This document shows positions 25,992-38,971 of a stretch of 64,000 bases of DNA, piece by piece. Source of the stretch: Selaginella moellendorffii (Eukaryota > Plantae > Lycopodiophyta); assembly GCF_000143415.4 (NCBI RefSeq), contig NW_003314322.1, forward strand, positions 497,430-561,429, given 5' to 3'. Within the stretch, counting starts at the first letter, position 1. Every line of letters begins with the position of its first letter. The notes under the pieces are model-generated. The model worked only from the letters and a program-made list of their open reading frames with translations. It was not told where the DNA came from and did not search any database. The translations under genes were made by a program, and so were the position numbers.

Positions 25992-28900
25992 TTAAACCTC
26001 GATGTCTTGCGTCTCTCTAAACGGCAGTGGCACGCATTTGACTGCTCGAAAGTTACCAACATTGTTGAGATGCTCGTTCTCAATCCTGGCACGGTGAAAA
26101 ACAAACAGTAAATTTCATCCACACTGTGACACAAAATTCTACTCTACCAGTAGCCTTGCCTTTCCTTACCTGTAGAAATTCCATTGCCCTCTCCTAAAAA
26201 CTTCTAGCGAAGCAAAGATAAACTCCGTGACATGCCGATCCAGGCCCGTAAACTGGAAGTTCGTAATGGATTGAAGCCACGCAAAACGAAGTAGAGCATT
26301 CAACACCTGTGAAGAAACAATGACAAACTAGTCGCGACATTGTGAAACAATTGATTCTTGTTACCATTGAAACGAAGTAGAAGCTTTTGTGCTTGAGAAT
26401 CAACCGGTCCCTGAGCCAGGCATTGATGGAGCAAGGCTGAAGAAGGCCCCAGTCGATAACAAGGTCCCAGTAGAGCTGATACAACGTTGCTATCGTCGAG
26501 GTGATTATAAACATGACGAGCCAAGTTGTGGTACCCTTTTTAATGTAAGAAAGCCGGCTTCCAACAGCCACCATAGCTGACAAGTACTTCCCACCGTTTG
26601 CAATATGAGCTCTGTTCCTCTCGTCAATCCATCGTCTAAGACACTGGAAAGAACTTTAACCATTAAGAACTTGAAACGAAGAAGAATGGATTTAGCTTTG
26701 AAAACCTGTAAGAGTCGCCACCAGTATGGTATAAGTGAGACGAAGTACATGATATCTTTGGAGCTGCCAACGCAAGCTCCTGTGTTCTTGGTCTTGAAAT
26801 GGCCCCAACCGTAGTAGCAAATCACAAACTCCAAGTGCCTGAAGAGCGTTACCTGCCTCGAGAGAATTGTAAGCACCGCAGCAAGATCAGACGATCGGAA
26901 CTCCTCACGTACCTGACTAGTAAGCTGGTCAGCAAGGAAAAAATCCGCTAGCACCACCTGTGGATGCAAAGATGAAGAGAAAAGACCAAGCTTTAGAAGA
27001 AAGCTTGCCTTGTAAAACGGTGCGAAAACAATATGGCGGAGGCACCGCGTGAAAAAAGCACGGCTCGAACGGTAGAAAAGGTCGAAGGGGAAAAAGAGTA
27101 ATCCCAGAAAGATCTGTTGGAAACAAAACGCTTCAGTTCGGCCAAAATGGAGCAAAGATGGATTTCTTTTCTGAATTTGCTTTTACCAAAACGATAGCAG
27201 CAGGAATGAGGTCGACGCTTGTTGAGGCTTTTGCTTTGACGTGCGCGACCAGATGAGCCACCATTCCTCCAACAACGACTGTCGTGAGGCCTGTGCTGAG
27301 GAGAAATATTTCCCTGTGCCGGAGTTCTTTGCCGGGCTGGAACTCAAATATAAATGGGTAATTGATGCGTTCTCGTCTCCAAGCATAAACGTTGCAGCCA
27401 TACATGTACATGTGTAGCAGCACCAGTGCCAGCATACTGCTCGATCAAGACTTGGAGGTGTTAGTAGAAGACCTTTCGTGGAAACAAAGAAAAAACTTTG
27501 AGAAACCTGGCTTAGTGCTTTGAAAGACCTGAAAGTTGGAAATATGGACTCCATGTAGCTAGACTTCGACATGGTTTCCGCGGCTGAGATATAGCTACCA
27601 CTGATGTGCGAGACGATGAGAAACGCAGCCAGCAATGCGACGAAACCTCCCGTAAAAACTCCTGCACGATTTCGCAATCAGTATTGATCAGAGATTCATG
27701 GAGCGTTTTCTACCGAGAAAAAATGTGACCGTGTGGGACGCCTTTTGCTGCATTGGTCTCAAGCACGTCATTGCGTGCTTGCGGTCGTTCTTTGCGAAAT
27801 GCTCCGTGAAAAGCTTCTCCACTTTTTCCATGAGATTAGCGGCCTACTCGGAAATATGCAAACAAAAAGTTGTAAAACAACAAAGATGGCTCAGAAAATC
27901 AACCTTGTCAGAGCTGCTAAAGAACGAGCTTTCCACTGCCCGCAAATAAGTCGGCATTGCTTTCCTGCCAGTCACCTAAAATCACAACCCAAAAAAACTT
28001 TCAGAGTTTTCTCTCAGATTATCACCTTGTCATATTTTTTCAAGATCTTTGCGAATGCCACCACGTTCAAAGAGCTGTAGTCAGATGGAATAAGCACGAA
28101 AGGATCTTACACAGACTAACATGGAATCACCTGAAACTCTTCAGCAATCCAAGGCCACGATAAAACTCGATGAATGCCAAGCGCAGCACTTTCTCTGCAG
28201 AGTGAACCTTTTTCTTGGTCGCGTGGATGTCCGTCTCTTGAGATATGTTTTTCTTGGATTGGTGTATCAATGCTTGCGAGAGGGACGCTATCGTAGTGGT
28301 AGGAGATGCCGGAGATTTCACGTCCTGTGGACCGAATATAGGCTGCCGTTCAAGCGAATTTCCCATCTCAATGCTACTGTTTTTCGCAGAGTTATCACCT
28401 GCATTCCTCGAGATGTATCAGCGCGAGATCTCTAAAAGAAAGCAAACTACAGTCTGTGCACCTGAGAATAACTCCAGCGTTTGCTTCGTTTCAATCAGCA
28501 GTGACATTTGCCTGCTCAAAGCCTCGGCTCTTTTGCAGTACTCCTCCTCCTTTCTCCTGTAAAACTTGTTCACGTTGTTAAGCTGGCCATCCAGGCGGGC
28601 AAAGAACATCTTCTCCTCTTCGACCTGTGAAATCGGCCCCAAGAGTTCTGTCTCGTAAAGCTCGTCTGGGGGCAACTGATGCACCTGGAGAACAAAAACT
28701 ATCAAAGAAGCTTTCAAAGAAAGGAAGAACTTTGACAGTTACGAAGAACTTACTCGAATGACTTCACTCTGGCTCCATGTCAAGATCTTCCGCCTGGTGA
28801 GACCGCTGAAAGTCCTGAGGGGCGAAGAATCGGCGGGCGAGGGAGAAGAGCCAGCAGCATCAGCGCTAGCAGCAGCACCACCCCCACCCGGAGATAAAAT

Positions 28901-29023
28901 TTGCTTCTTGCGAAGCACCAGCTTGATCTGCTTGAGATCCTTCTTGAGCTGCCAGTAATCGCAGTAGGCCGATCGCCACTCGGGAACAAGCTGGCCATCG
29001 AGCTGCTTGGAGAACTTGACCAT
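25992..29023 (-). CDS. PHO1: Phosphate exporter PHO1 family (SPX + EXS), multi-exon
   Basis: [31 protein letters not shown] (SPX), [55 protein letters not shown]. Confidence 0.93.
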
Positions 29024-29258
29024 GCTGGATGAAAAAGATGATGCATCCCTTTTCTCTTCTCTTCTTCTCGTTCTACTTCTAAATGAAAGACCAGCTCTCA
29101 CCAAATAAAGCGGTGCCACTGCCAGTCCCACACCCTATTTCCCGTGAATCGATCGGGAGAGCAAAGCTTGCCTCCTTTCCAACCGCAAGACGCTAGTCAA
29201 GTGGTTGGGACTTCTCACTTTAGGGCTCCTCGGCGCCAGCTAGGGTTTTCTGACCGGC

Positions 29259-30221
29259 ATGGCGGGGATTGGGATCTGCCGCTGGAAATGCGAGGCCTGG
29301 CCGTGGATTCAAGGCGCCCGCGAAGTCCAGGCTCCAGCATTGCCTCCACAGAAGCGGCAATTCAGACCCAGGATCGATGTCCGCAAGCTGCTAGGTATTG
29401 TATGATCATCGCACCAATGCTTCTAGTTTTTGATCTTTCCCGTGCTGCTGCCAGCCGCAAGAGCTCCGGAGCAAAGCCTAGAGAGTGCTGCTACTCGCGT
29501 GCCATCGACGAGCACCATCCAGAATCCCAGAGCGACACACAACGCGGCGGCATTGGCATATTTGGGAGATGCGGTCTACGAGGTATGTTTGTGTGGGGGA
29601 AAAATTCGCTCTTTTCATGGACATCGCAGCTCTATGTCCGCAGGCATTTCCTCACACCACCACAATCCATGGACAAATACAATGCTTGTGTCATGGCAGT
29701 AGTTTGTTGTGAAGCTCAAGTAAGCTCTATCGCTTTTCTTTCCTATCCTTGGCTTGATGTTCGAAGAAACACCATTGTTGCCTCTCAGGATTCTTTGCTG
29801 CAAGAAGTCCTGAAGGGGAAATTCTTGACACAGGAGGAAAGGTAACCGGATATCTTCTTCAAAAGGTGACTTTTTGTAACGTTTTTTCCATCGATCAGGG
29901 ACGTTGTGAGATGGGGAAAGAATGTTGTAACAGCACACAGCCGTGCTACAAAACGAGCCGGCTCGGCCGTTTACAGTGGAGCCTCTGCCTTGGAGACACT
30001 CGTAAGCCTTCTTGCAGAACTGAAGTTCGTCGTTTACCTTTTCCTTTCTTTCCTGTCAGATAGGCTTCCTCTACCTGAGAGATCCCAGCAGATTGGACGA
30101 GCTCATGACCAAGCTAGGATTCAACAGAGACCCTGAAGATCTCCCGCAAGGACAACGTACGATGGCGGCGACTGCAGTAAATACTCGAGCATGCAGCATG
30201 TCAACGGAGGCCAATGCATGA
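29259..30221 (+). CDS. Mini-ribonuclease III (organellar RNC3/4-type), multi-exon
   Basis: HNAAALAYLGDAVYELYVRRHFL, VCCEAQD, DVVRWGKN, ASALETLIGFLYL. Confidence 0.88.
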
Positions 30222-30576
30222 ACTTGTCAAACGGTGGGTGCGTGTTGGGAAGAACAGGCAGTCCGGTGGAACCCATCCCGTAAGACGTGCAGGCCGTAAT
30301 GAGATCTCGCATTCTTTTTTCTTCGCTCGCCCTTTTACTTGGTACTCTGGCCATTATTGTTTTTACAGTGAGCAGGAGCTAAAAAGATAGAACGGAAGAG
30401 GACTCCTGACCTTCCTCCTGCCCGTGGGGTCGACTTCTACAACAATCTCACACAGGTTTCATAGGTTCCTCAATAGTACTGTGGCAGAGAAGGGACATCG
30501 TTCTTCCTATCCCTTTCACTCGAGCTACAAGCCGGGGGTATGAGTCCAAATCTGGGAGTGGAGATACAGTGAGAGG

Positions 30577-31282
30577 ATGAAAATCCGATTGAGCTTAGGC
30601 GGGAGTAGCAAGCGCTTCACTTACCAGTCCATTTCATCTTCGTCTCGAATCGAAGACGATGAGCCTCTGCTCACTCTCCGCTCCAGCGCTCCTCAGCCGG
30701 GAGGACGAATCCAGGGGGAGAAGGAACAGGACGGCGGTGGGATAAGGCCAGGAATGATCAAGTTGCTAGTTTTGAAGCTGGATGGAACATCCTTCGGTAA
30801 GCAGTACGCTTGTTCTTCCGCTAGATCCGGCTTCCTCATTTGTTTTTGCGTTGGTTTTCTGGATTAGACGTGAATGTTCCAGTTGCTGCAACAGTCGGGG
30901 AGATGAAATCAACACTGGAGAGGACCGTGAACGAGCTGGAGGTGAAAGTGCTGGGCTACTGCGACATTCAGTGGTGACATTCATTCATTCTGGTTTTGCA
31001 TTGATTGGAGAAAGCATCGCTTTTTTTTCCGCGTGCAGGGAACAAGTCTGGAGTAACTTCTGCCTGTGCTACATGAATCAGAAGCTGCTGGACGACGAAG
31101 CATCGTTGCGAGCATTTGGGATCCACGACGATGATCAGGTGAGTTCATTTTGGTGTGAAGTTTCTGAAGTTTCTCTTCTTCTGATGTTTTCGCAGGTAGC
31201 GTTTCTTCGCCACTCGACTGATCCTCAAGAGCCACAATCCACGAAGAGGAGAAGCTCTCTTCGCAAATCCAAATTTACTTAG
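30577..31282 (+). CDS. U11/U12 snRNP 25 kDa-like ubiquitin-fold protein
   Basis: IKLLVLKLDGTSFDVNVPVAATVGEMK...WEQVWSNFCLCYMNQKLLDDEASLRAFGIHDDDQVAF. Confidence 0.8.
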
Positions 31283-31344
31283 CGAGAAGAATGGAATCCA
31301 AAACTATCTCTTTTGAGCATGTATGTTAGATAGTTTGCCCTAGA

Positions 31345-33362
31345 ATGGCAGCGGAAGCGATCGAGGCGATGGAGTCCACGTCCGCGGCAGCATCAGTAGC
31401 ATTCCAGGTGAGGAGCAGCTGGCAAGCGATCCAGGGGCAAATCGACAGCGTCATGGATGTCATCCTCGATTCCGGTGATCCAAGCGCGGAGTCATCCACC
31501 AGCATTGTCGCTGCGGGAGATCTAGACCTGTCCCTGGCGCCGCCTCCAATCAATCCAGGGCCCTGCGAGATCACAGGTAAATCATTTCCTCTTGTCCTGT
31601 GTCTGGAGATAGAGCTCTTTTGTTTCTTGGTGATGATCCAGTGGAATTCCAGCATAGGTTGTGCCATGTCCACAGCATTTGCGTCCTCAGCAGCTCGCGG
31701 CAGTGTGAGATCTACTCCCAGGCTCAATCCGCCGGAAACTTCGACTACATATGCACTGCTCGCGGCACGCTCCTCAAGGAGGGCTGCTCGTCCGGAGAAA
31801 CTGGCCAGCTTTACGAGGCAGAGATCGAGCTTGTGAATGCTCATCCGTGGGCGGCTGTGAAGATCAGGTTGCTATCGCTGGAAAATCCATCGCGAGCTAA
31901 CGTGCGGAAGATCACTGTCCGTGGGAGTGCTGGTGGTGCCCCGCCAACTTTAGCCGCTCGTGAGGATGAACAGGGAAGCTTTAGCAGCAACAGCAGTAAC
32001 TCCTCTTCGCTCCTCACGATGCTCATGCCAAGCGTCCTACAGGCCGTCCGTGGCATGTCCGATGGAATGGAGACCCGGCGCGCAGCAGCGCGGGTGCCAC
32101 AGAAGATCGAGGCTGGTCCTAGCAAAGAAGCAGAGCTGTCTCGACAACACGCTGAAACGAGCTTTCGGCTTCAAAGGCTGGAGATGGTCATTGGTCGTAT
32201 GGAAGCGTTCCTCCAGGGGGCGTTTTCCAAGCTGGATAATCGGATGAGCAGCATGGAGGCACAGATTTCTACGCTTCAACAGCAGCGTCTGGAGTCGCGG
32301 GATGTTCCAGCCTCAGAGATGAGGCAGCCATCTCCATCATCAGATGCTAGGCCGGATGTTCCAGTGGACGAAGCTGAGCACTCAAACACTGCCGATCTTC
32401 GAGAGGACGAAGGCCTTGATGAGGATGGCGATGGTGACGATGAAGACGACGACGAAGAAGAAGAAGAAGATCAAGAAGAAGAAGACGATAATGATGAATC
32501 TTCTCCGAGTCTTGATGGCTCCGGCGAATCCTCCAGCGGAAGTTTAGAAACGGACTCTACCACTGCTCGACGAGGCTCGCTCTCGCTGGAGGACGCGTGG
32601 GCTTCGGCGCTGGCAGCGTTCTCGGTGTCAGTTGTTCCTGCCGCACCAGGCCCGGAGGAGAAGTTCGAGGATGCGGTGGCTGAAGTTAATGCAGAGAGGC
32701 CAGCCGACTCCAACGGGGACATTGGTGAAGAAAAAGAAGAAAGGAATGGAGAATTGGAGCCAGGAGGAGGTGACGCGACAACGTCAGGTTGGTGGGGAGA
32801 ATTCATCGAAGTACCAGCAGCACAAGAGCAGCAAAGCGATCACCACAGTAGAGCGGAGGGAGTGGAGGTTTTGGTCGAGCAACAGGGAAAAGAGAATGCA
32901 CAAGAGCAGCAAAGTCAGCACCACAGTACAGCAGAGGGAGCGGAGGTTTTGATCGAGCAACAGGGAAAAGAGAATGCACAAGAGCAGCAAAGTCAGCACC
33001 ATAGTACAGCAGAGGGAGTGGAGGTTTTGATCGAGCAACAGGGAAAAGAGAAAAGCGATGGCAATGATCCGGCTCCTGTTGGCATGACTGCGACAGGAGA
33101 ATCAGCTGGAAGTCGCGAAGTGGATTTGATCGATTTTGACGAGCAGGAGCCGAGGAAGAGCAACTTCAGCTCCGGTGATTGTCCCGGCGGATTCTCCCCG
33201 GACTCGCTGCTCATCGATTGTATAGACGGCGTTTACCTGATGGAGCAGAAGAAGATGGTTCCACAGAAAGGTGGCAGTGACGAGAGTGTGGAGGATGGGT
33301 TTGATCTCATCGCGTCGCCGCGCAAAGTGGATCCCGAGATTTGCACGGATCTAATGTTTTAA
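31345..33362 (+). CDS. Uncharacterised protein with PAAT/C10orf88-like N-terminal domain, coiled coil and acidic tail; 2 exons
   Basis: PCEIT|VEFQHRLCHVHSICVLSSSRQCEIY...DYICTARG, coiled coil RLQRLEMVIGRMEAFL...LDNRMSSMEAQI. Confidence 0.6.
32820..33051 (+). repeat. 78-bp coding tandem repeat x3 (AQEQQSQHHSTAEGVEVLIEQQGKEN)
   Basis: Unit starts gcacaagagcagcaaag at 32820, 32898 and 32976. Confidence 0.9.
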
Positions 33363-33677
33363 CCTTTAGCAAAGATTGATTTTTTATGGGAAATAAAGAA
33401 AATGGAAAGGCAAAGGTGGTGGTGATGGTGGAGATTCCGAGAAAGAATAATAAGAGCCGAGAGGATTGTCATCGCATAGTTCAAGGACAGCACGCGACGC
33501 CCTTCCTTGGCTGCCAAATTTTCCATCCCCTTCTTAGCAAAGTTTCTGTGCACGCATGGAAAGAAAGCCCAAAAGAGAAAGAGCGCTAAAAACTCCTCTT
33601 CCAGATTGTTACCATGATTCGGCGATGATATGATCTGCACAGCACACGCACAGCGCAGCAACGCGGAGGGACTCCGG

Positions 33678-35960
33678 ATGAGGAAGGCGCTCGCTAGCAG
33701 CCGCTGGTGGCACTGGCGCTGGCGATCCCTCTCTGCGCTGCTGCTGTGGATGATCATCGTCGCGGCCTCCGGATCCAGTAAGTAGCCAAATGTGCTCACC
33801 GAGTGTGGACTCTAGGGTTTTGTTTTTCGTTGCCGACAGGCGAGAATCCATGGGGCGAGCGGGAGCGATGCGAGGCGCTGGTGCGGCGGTGGGCCGGGCA
33901 GGAGATTTGGAACATGGAGGAGGAGAGCGGCATGGATTTGGACGGCAGCCGCAAGTGGGAGCTCCAGGATTTGCTCTTCTTTCTCCACGTTCCACGCACT
34001 GGAGGCCGCAACTACAACCAGTGGTGAGTGCTGGAAGAAAAAATCCTCTCTTCCTTTGTTTCTTTTCTCGCGTCGCTTCCAATCTCCAACTCGATGCTAG
34101 CTCTTTCTCTCCCCTCTCATGCTTGAGTTCTTATTCTTTGGATTTGTTCTTCCAGCTTTCTAAAGAACATGTTCTCCTCAGAAGAGCTATGTCCTCGTTC
34201 TTACGACAAGCTTAGAATGGATCTCAGGTACTCGATCTCGTCGTTTGGGGTCCTTCGCTCTTGCGATCATACTCTCATTTTTTTGTGGATCCAGCAAACC
34301 AAACTGTAGCTTGCTATCAACTCACGACGACTACAGCATTCTCTCAATGCTTCCCAAGGCAAGGACGTCGACCATCACCAACATTCGCGATCCCATGAAC
34401 CGAGTTTTGAGCTCGTACGAGTTCTCCGTGGAAGTTGCCGCAAGGTTTCTTAGGCGAACGCGATCTATGCTGAGGAGGATTGGTCCCAAGACTCAAAAGG
34501 CAATGAGCACCTTGGACATTTGGCCGTGGAAGTATCTGGTTCCTCTCCTCCAGCGCGACCTCTTCGAGCGGGCAAGCTCTCTCGCTGTCATGCTCCTTCC
34601 TTTCTAACAGATCGTTCCTTCTGTGCAGCGAGATTTGAGAGCCGCGCATTTGGTCGAGCAACCACAAAAGCCTGCCAATGTTTACGACGTGCCTGCATTC
34701 GTCATGCCTTTGAAGGAGTTTGTGGATCATCCCGCGGTTCATGAATTGGTTCACAACGGACAGACCTTCCAGGTTATATTTCTCTGGAAATCGAAGCGAG
34801 AAAAAAAAACGGTTTTGATGTATTGGCAGGTCGCCGGAATCACGAACAACTCGTACCTAAAAGAAGCGAACGATATCCGGTACTGTGTGACGCAGTTCGA
34901 GGAGCTTGGCGAGCATGTCCTTCACGTCGCAAAGGTTTGTGACTGATTGATTCTTCAGTTGGTTCACCCGTGAAAAATCTATTTTCCAGAGGCGGCTTAA
35001 CGGAATGCTATACGTTGGTCTCACTGAAAGACATAAGGAATCAGCGGAGATCCTTGTGCATCTCGTTGGGCGCCAAATTGCGACCAGGAACCTCCACAAA
35101 GGTGATAGATATTTCCTTGCTTCGTTTGCTTTCTACTGAAATATCAGGAAAAAAACCACTTCCATATATATAAATGCAGAGACTTCTTCCACAGCAAAAC
35201 AAACAGCTACATATCCTGACTATGGACTTAACATGAACCTTACTGCAGGAAACGATACCTCCTACGGGGTTTGTAGCCTGTTTCAAGTTGATGACAAAGC
35301 CTTCGTTTGACACGGTGCGCGTTCATTGTCGCCAGGACTTCATATCTCACATGGTCACCTCTTACGAGCAGTGCTCATCGTCTCTCAGGAATGCTCAGGT
35401 CCAACGCCGGATCATGTCCCTGGAAACGATTGCACCCGTCAACTTCTCCAAGGAGGTACTTGTTGTGCTTGCTTTGAAAGGACTTACTTGGACAGGAACC
35501 GCAGGCGAGGAAGACGATTCCAGGTGATACAGTCGCGCGAATACTGCAGCTCAATAGCTTGGACTTCGAGTTGTACCAGCACGCCAAGCAGCTCTTCCAA
35601 CTGGAACAGGAATTTCTCAAGAACCACGCGGACGAGCTGGTATGAAAATGTTTGCACTCTGCGGGAGGATGATTGGCAATGCTTTTGTCTTGGCAGGAGA
35701 CGTTTGAGCCCGATGGAAGACATGGATTGGAAGAGCACATTACTTCTTTACACGCAACCGGCATTGTTGGATCGAGAGACGCGGCGGCCTACGTTCTTGA
35801 GGAGGACCGCAACAGGCTGGGAGTGACCAGAGACGCGGCAATCTTCATCCTGGGATGTTCTGTAGTGCTAAGCGCTCTTGGCATCTACTCTCTCGTAAAT
35901 TTTCTGTCCAGGAGTGCAAGAGCAAAATCTAGAGGTGCTACCGCGCTCCAGAGAAAGTGA
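33678..35960 (+). CDS. TPST: Plant tyrosylprotein sulfotransferase, multi-exon
   Basis: Signal peptide, LLFFLHVPRTGGR (PAPS-binding), CPRSYDKLR, THDDYS, RVLSSYEFSVEVAARF, C-terminal TM (type I membrane protein). Confidence 0.92.
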
Positions 35961-36065
35961 TAAGTAGCCAGTGCAATCCAGTTTTGTAAAAATCTGCTGT
36001 TGTAAGTAATGAGATGAAACGCGCATGAAATGGAAGAAGTATACTACTCTCACCTCACGAAATCT

Positions 36066-38085
36066 TTACATAACTTTCCCGCGAGTTCTGTAAGCCGCTT
36101 CCAAGTAGCACGAGTCCTTGTCGTCAAACTTGAGCGACGCGTAGAGCTGGAGAGCGATTATTGTCACTGGAAAGAGCCCGGAATTCCAGAGGATACAGGC
36201 TTCACCCGCAGGGATGAGGACGGCTTCGTTCACTTGCAAATACTCCTGAGAAGGAACAATCTGCAAGTGCGCTCCTTTCAACACCACAACGAGAACGTCG
36301 CAGTCCGCCTCGTTCTCCGGATCATACGCCTGGCCAGTTCTCAAAACGACAGACCTCGCGTTGATGGCACCCAGACCGCTCACTGGCATCGCAAACACCT
36401 GCTTTCCATTGTTGATGCTCTTTCCCACGCCAGAGCTTAACAACGTCGAGCCTTGTTTCCCAGCCCAGCTTATCCGAATGTAATCGACCCCGGCCCCTGA
36501 TGTTAAAGCATGGAGCTCCGAGCTGGAAAGAAATGCCAGTTCTCCACTCCTGAGCTCTTTCACTTCCCTGTAGGCTCTCCGACTACCAACGTGGTGATAG
36601 TTCAACGTTCCTCTCACCACCACCACTACTTGATCGTGTGCCGATGACTTGAAAGCGGCTTCTGTCCCTTTGAATGCTAACATCTCCACTGTGATCCAAT
36701 CCAGCAGAGGCGAGCGAGCGAACTCGTAAACACCTGAAGCACCTGTAGCCCGTGCCCGTCTTCTCAACACTGTTATGTTGCTACCCGGTAAAATTCCCGG
36801 CGGCCTGTACTCCCGTCTTTCAAACAAGTCCTCCTCCTCGAAACTTAGGCGCTCGCTATGTACCAGGCCGTGTCTAACGTCGTTGCGACCGTCCGAGGTC
36901 AGGTTATCACCGCTCGTCGAAGTCTCAGAAGCTAGCAAGGTAGAAGGAAGAACTGGCCTGGAAACCAACGCAATGTGGGAGCTGTCAACCTCTTGGTCTC
37001 GCAGAGTGCAATTGGCAGGCACAAACTGAAGTAACAGCGACGCCTGGAGAGCCTCGGTTGGATTCGAGGTGCCATACAGCAGTCTGCCGTTTATAAAATA
37101 GGCTCCGCCTGGCTCCAAGTCGATGTCTTGCACAGCCGCTCCCTCCACTTTGTCAGCGAGATACATGAGTACCACCTAGATTTGTCACAAACAATAGAAA
37201 AAAACATGGAGCTGCACATTAAAAACTCGAAGAGAGGAAAAAGAAAGTATTGTCAGGTCAACTTACGGATTCCAATTGCTGTCGGAGCTGAGGACTTTCG
37301 CCGCCGTAGAATCTCCGCGCGGCTTTTATCTGGTTCGCGAGCTTGATGGCCATTTTTCTGGTCATCGTGTGGGAATTCTGGACGAGACGTGCGCCGCTGT
37401 TAAGGAGCACGTCCACTGTCTCACATTGGAAGCCCTCGAACTTGAGCTTGAGAGCTTGCTGGGACTTTGGAGGGGCGTTCCAAACTGTGAGCCCAAAGAG
37501 GAGCACCGGATGCCCGAGGATAGCCTCCACAGCCTACCAAGCCACACACAAGTAACGCATGAGTTTGAAGAACACACTCCCAAATGGCCCAAAAGAAAGA
37601 AAGCATACCTCTACGATGGATTTGTCTCTGCCAAGCTTGAAGCAATCTTCCAGCCACAAAAAGCACGCTCTATCGGAAGGACCCTCAAAGCCCGCACGAA
37701 TCATTTGCTCGCCCAAGCGCGGCCTCAGCTCCTCCCAATCACGCGCAATTTTTAGAAGGAGCTCTCCAATTTGTGCGTGCTTGAGAATCGAGAATGGGCC
37801 TGCCAAGCCATTCGCGGAGTAATCGGCCGCCGAGAGCTGGGGTTGCCATCGCAGATTCCCAACAGCGAAGGATTCGTTTTTGGAGGAATATCGGATGAAG
37901 GGAGCCCCGTTGCCAAATGCATCATCAATCTTTCCAGCCTCCTCTCGATCTGTGGAAACCCGAGCTTGTCCATCTCGAATCGACACGGAGTACCATGCCT
38001 TGGCCGCCAAGATCAGCAGCAAACAGAAGCACGCCGCCCCGATCGCGAATCCTCCTTTCCTGTGCGCCCTCCATTTCCCTGGCAT
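36066..38085 (-). CDS. Type II membrane protein with degenerate PhyH/2OG-Fe(II) dioxygenase-like fold plus two cupin-like domains; 3 exons
   Basis: N-term TM, IVEAVEAILGHPVLLFGLTVWNAPPK, GARLVQNSH, IDLEPGGAYFINGRLLYGT..LLLQFVPA; cupin-like HDQVVVVVRGTL..LRSGEL..H and DVLVVVLKG..EAVLIPAG. Confidence 0.6.
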
Positions 38086-38124
38086 TCTTGGAGCAGCGCC
38101 AAAGAGTGCGCGATCAACAACACC

Positions 38125-38268
38125 CTAAGATCTCCCAGATCGATGCCATACGCTGACGATCACGCCAAGAAGCAGCAAGGGAACGATAGCAACAGCGCTG
38201 CCGGCTCCATAATACGCACGATCGGCGTCCACTTCGTGTGGAAGTGGAAATCCCCCGAGCGTCGCCAT
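38125..38268 (-). CDS. 47-aa single-TM upstream ORF, in frame with the downstream PhyH-like gene
   Basis: MATLGGFPLPHEVDADRAYYGAGSAVAIVPLLLLGVIVSVWHRSGRS*; 39 nt stop-free spacer to ATG 38085. Confidence 0.35.
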   Translation of the reverse strand: MATLGGFPLPHEVDADRAYYGAGSAVAIVPLLLLGVIVSVWHRSGRS

Positions 38269-38417
38269 CGCCGCGCCTTCTCTCCCCTCATCAAGATTGC
38301 ATGAATGCAACGGAATAGCACTCCCACACACAAAACAAGTGTCGTTAGCCTAGCTATACCAATCCAGGGTTCGAATCCTGGCATTGGCACGGAGAACCCT
38401 AAAATCCGGTACTATGA

Positions 38418-38971
38418 ATGCCAGGGGCATTTCGATCTCTCTCCCCCCAGATCGCGGCCACAGCATCGATTCCTCTGAGCAGCTCCCTCGTCGACGATCT
38501 CCTGCGGCAGCGGACGATCGACGCAGCCGCGTGCGTGGAGCTGCTACGTTCTTGCGGTGAGGCCAGAGATGTCTCTCATCGCCGCTCGTGGCCACTGGTG
38601 CCACAGTTTCCTGAGCGATCAGATGTATGTCTGCTGTGGAAGCCTGGTCGATGCAAGAGATTTGCTGCCGGGGCTGGGGCTCCTCTCGGATGATCAAGGT
38701 CTTGTCCATCGATGGCAAGCGCTGCCGAGGCATTCCATCTTCGTCCGGAGCATTCGTCACGGTTCTGAGCGCTTATTCTTCCTTGGAGGAGCGCTTCATG
38801 GTCCGGGGGCTTATCGGCGAGGGTGGATTGGAATCTGGGCTCTTATTTCCCAATGCGGTGATCAATTTCCTACGATTGATCGAATCCAAGTTTTTGACAC
38901 ACTCCATTAGAGATGGAAGGGAATGGAAACATACGTTCTTCTATGGAGGTGTAGGTCTAAACTCCTTTTGA
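38418..38971 (+). pseudogene. Frameshifted PLS-class PPR gene fragment
   Basis: DAAACVELLRSCG, MYVCCGSLVDAR, AFVTVLSAYSSLEE, GLESGLLFPNAVINF in three different frames. Confidence 0.7.

Noticed and set aside
30360-30570. Possible ncRNA between mini-III and SNRNP25-like genes
   Set aside because: No snoRNA boxes, USE element or clear fold seen; likely UTR or promoter.
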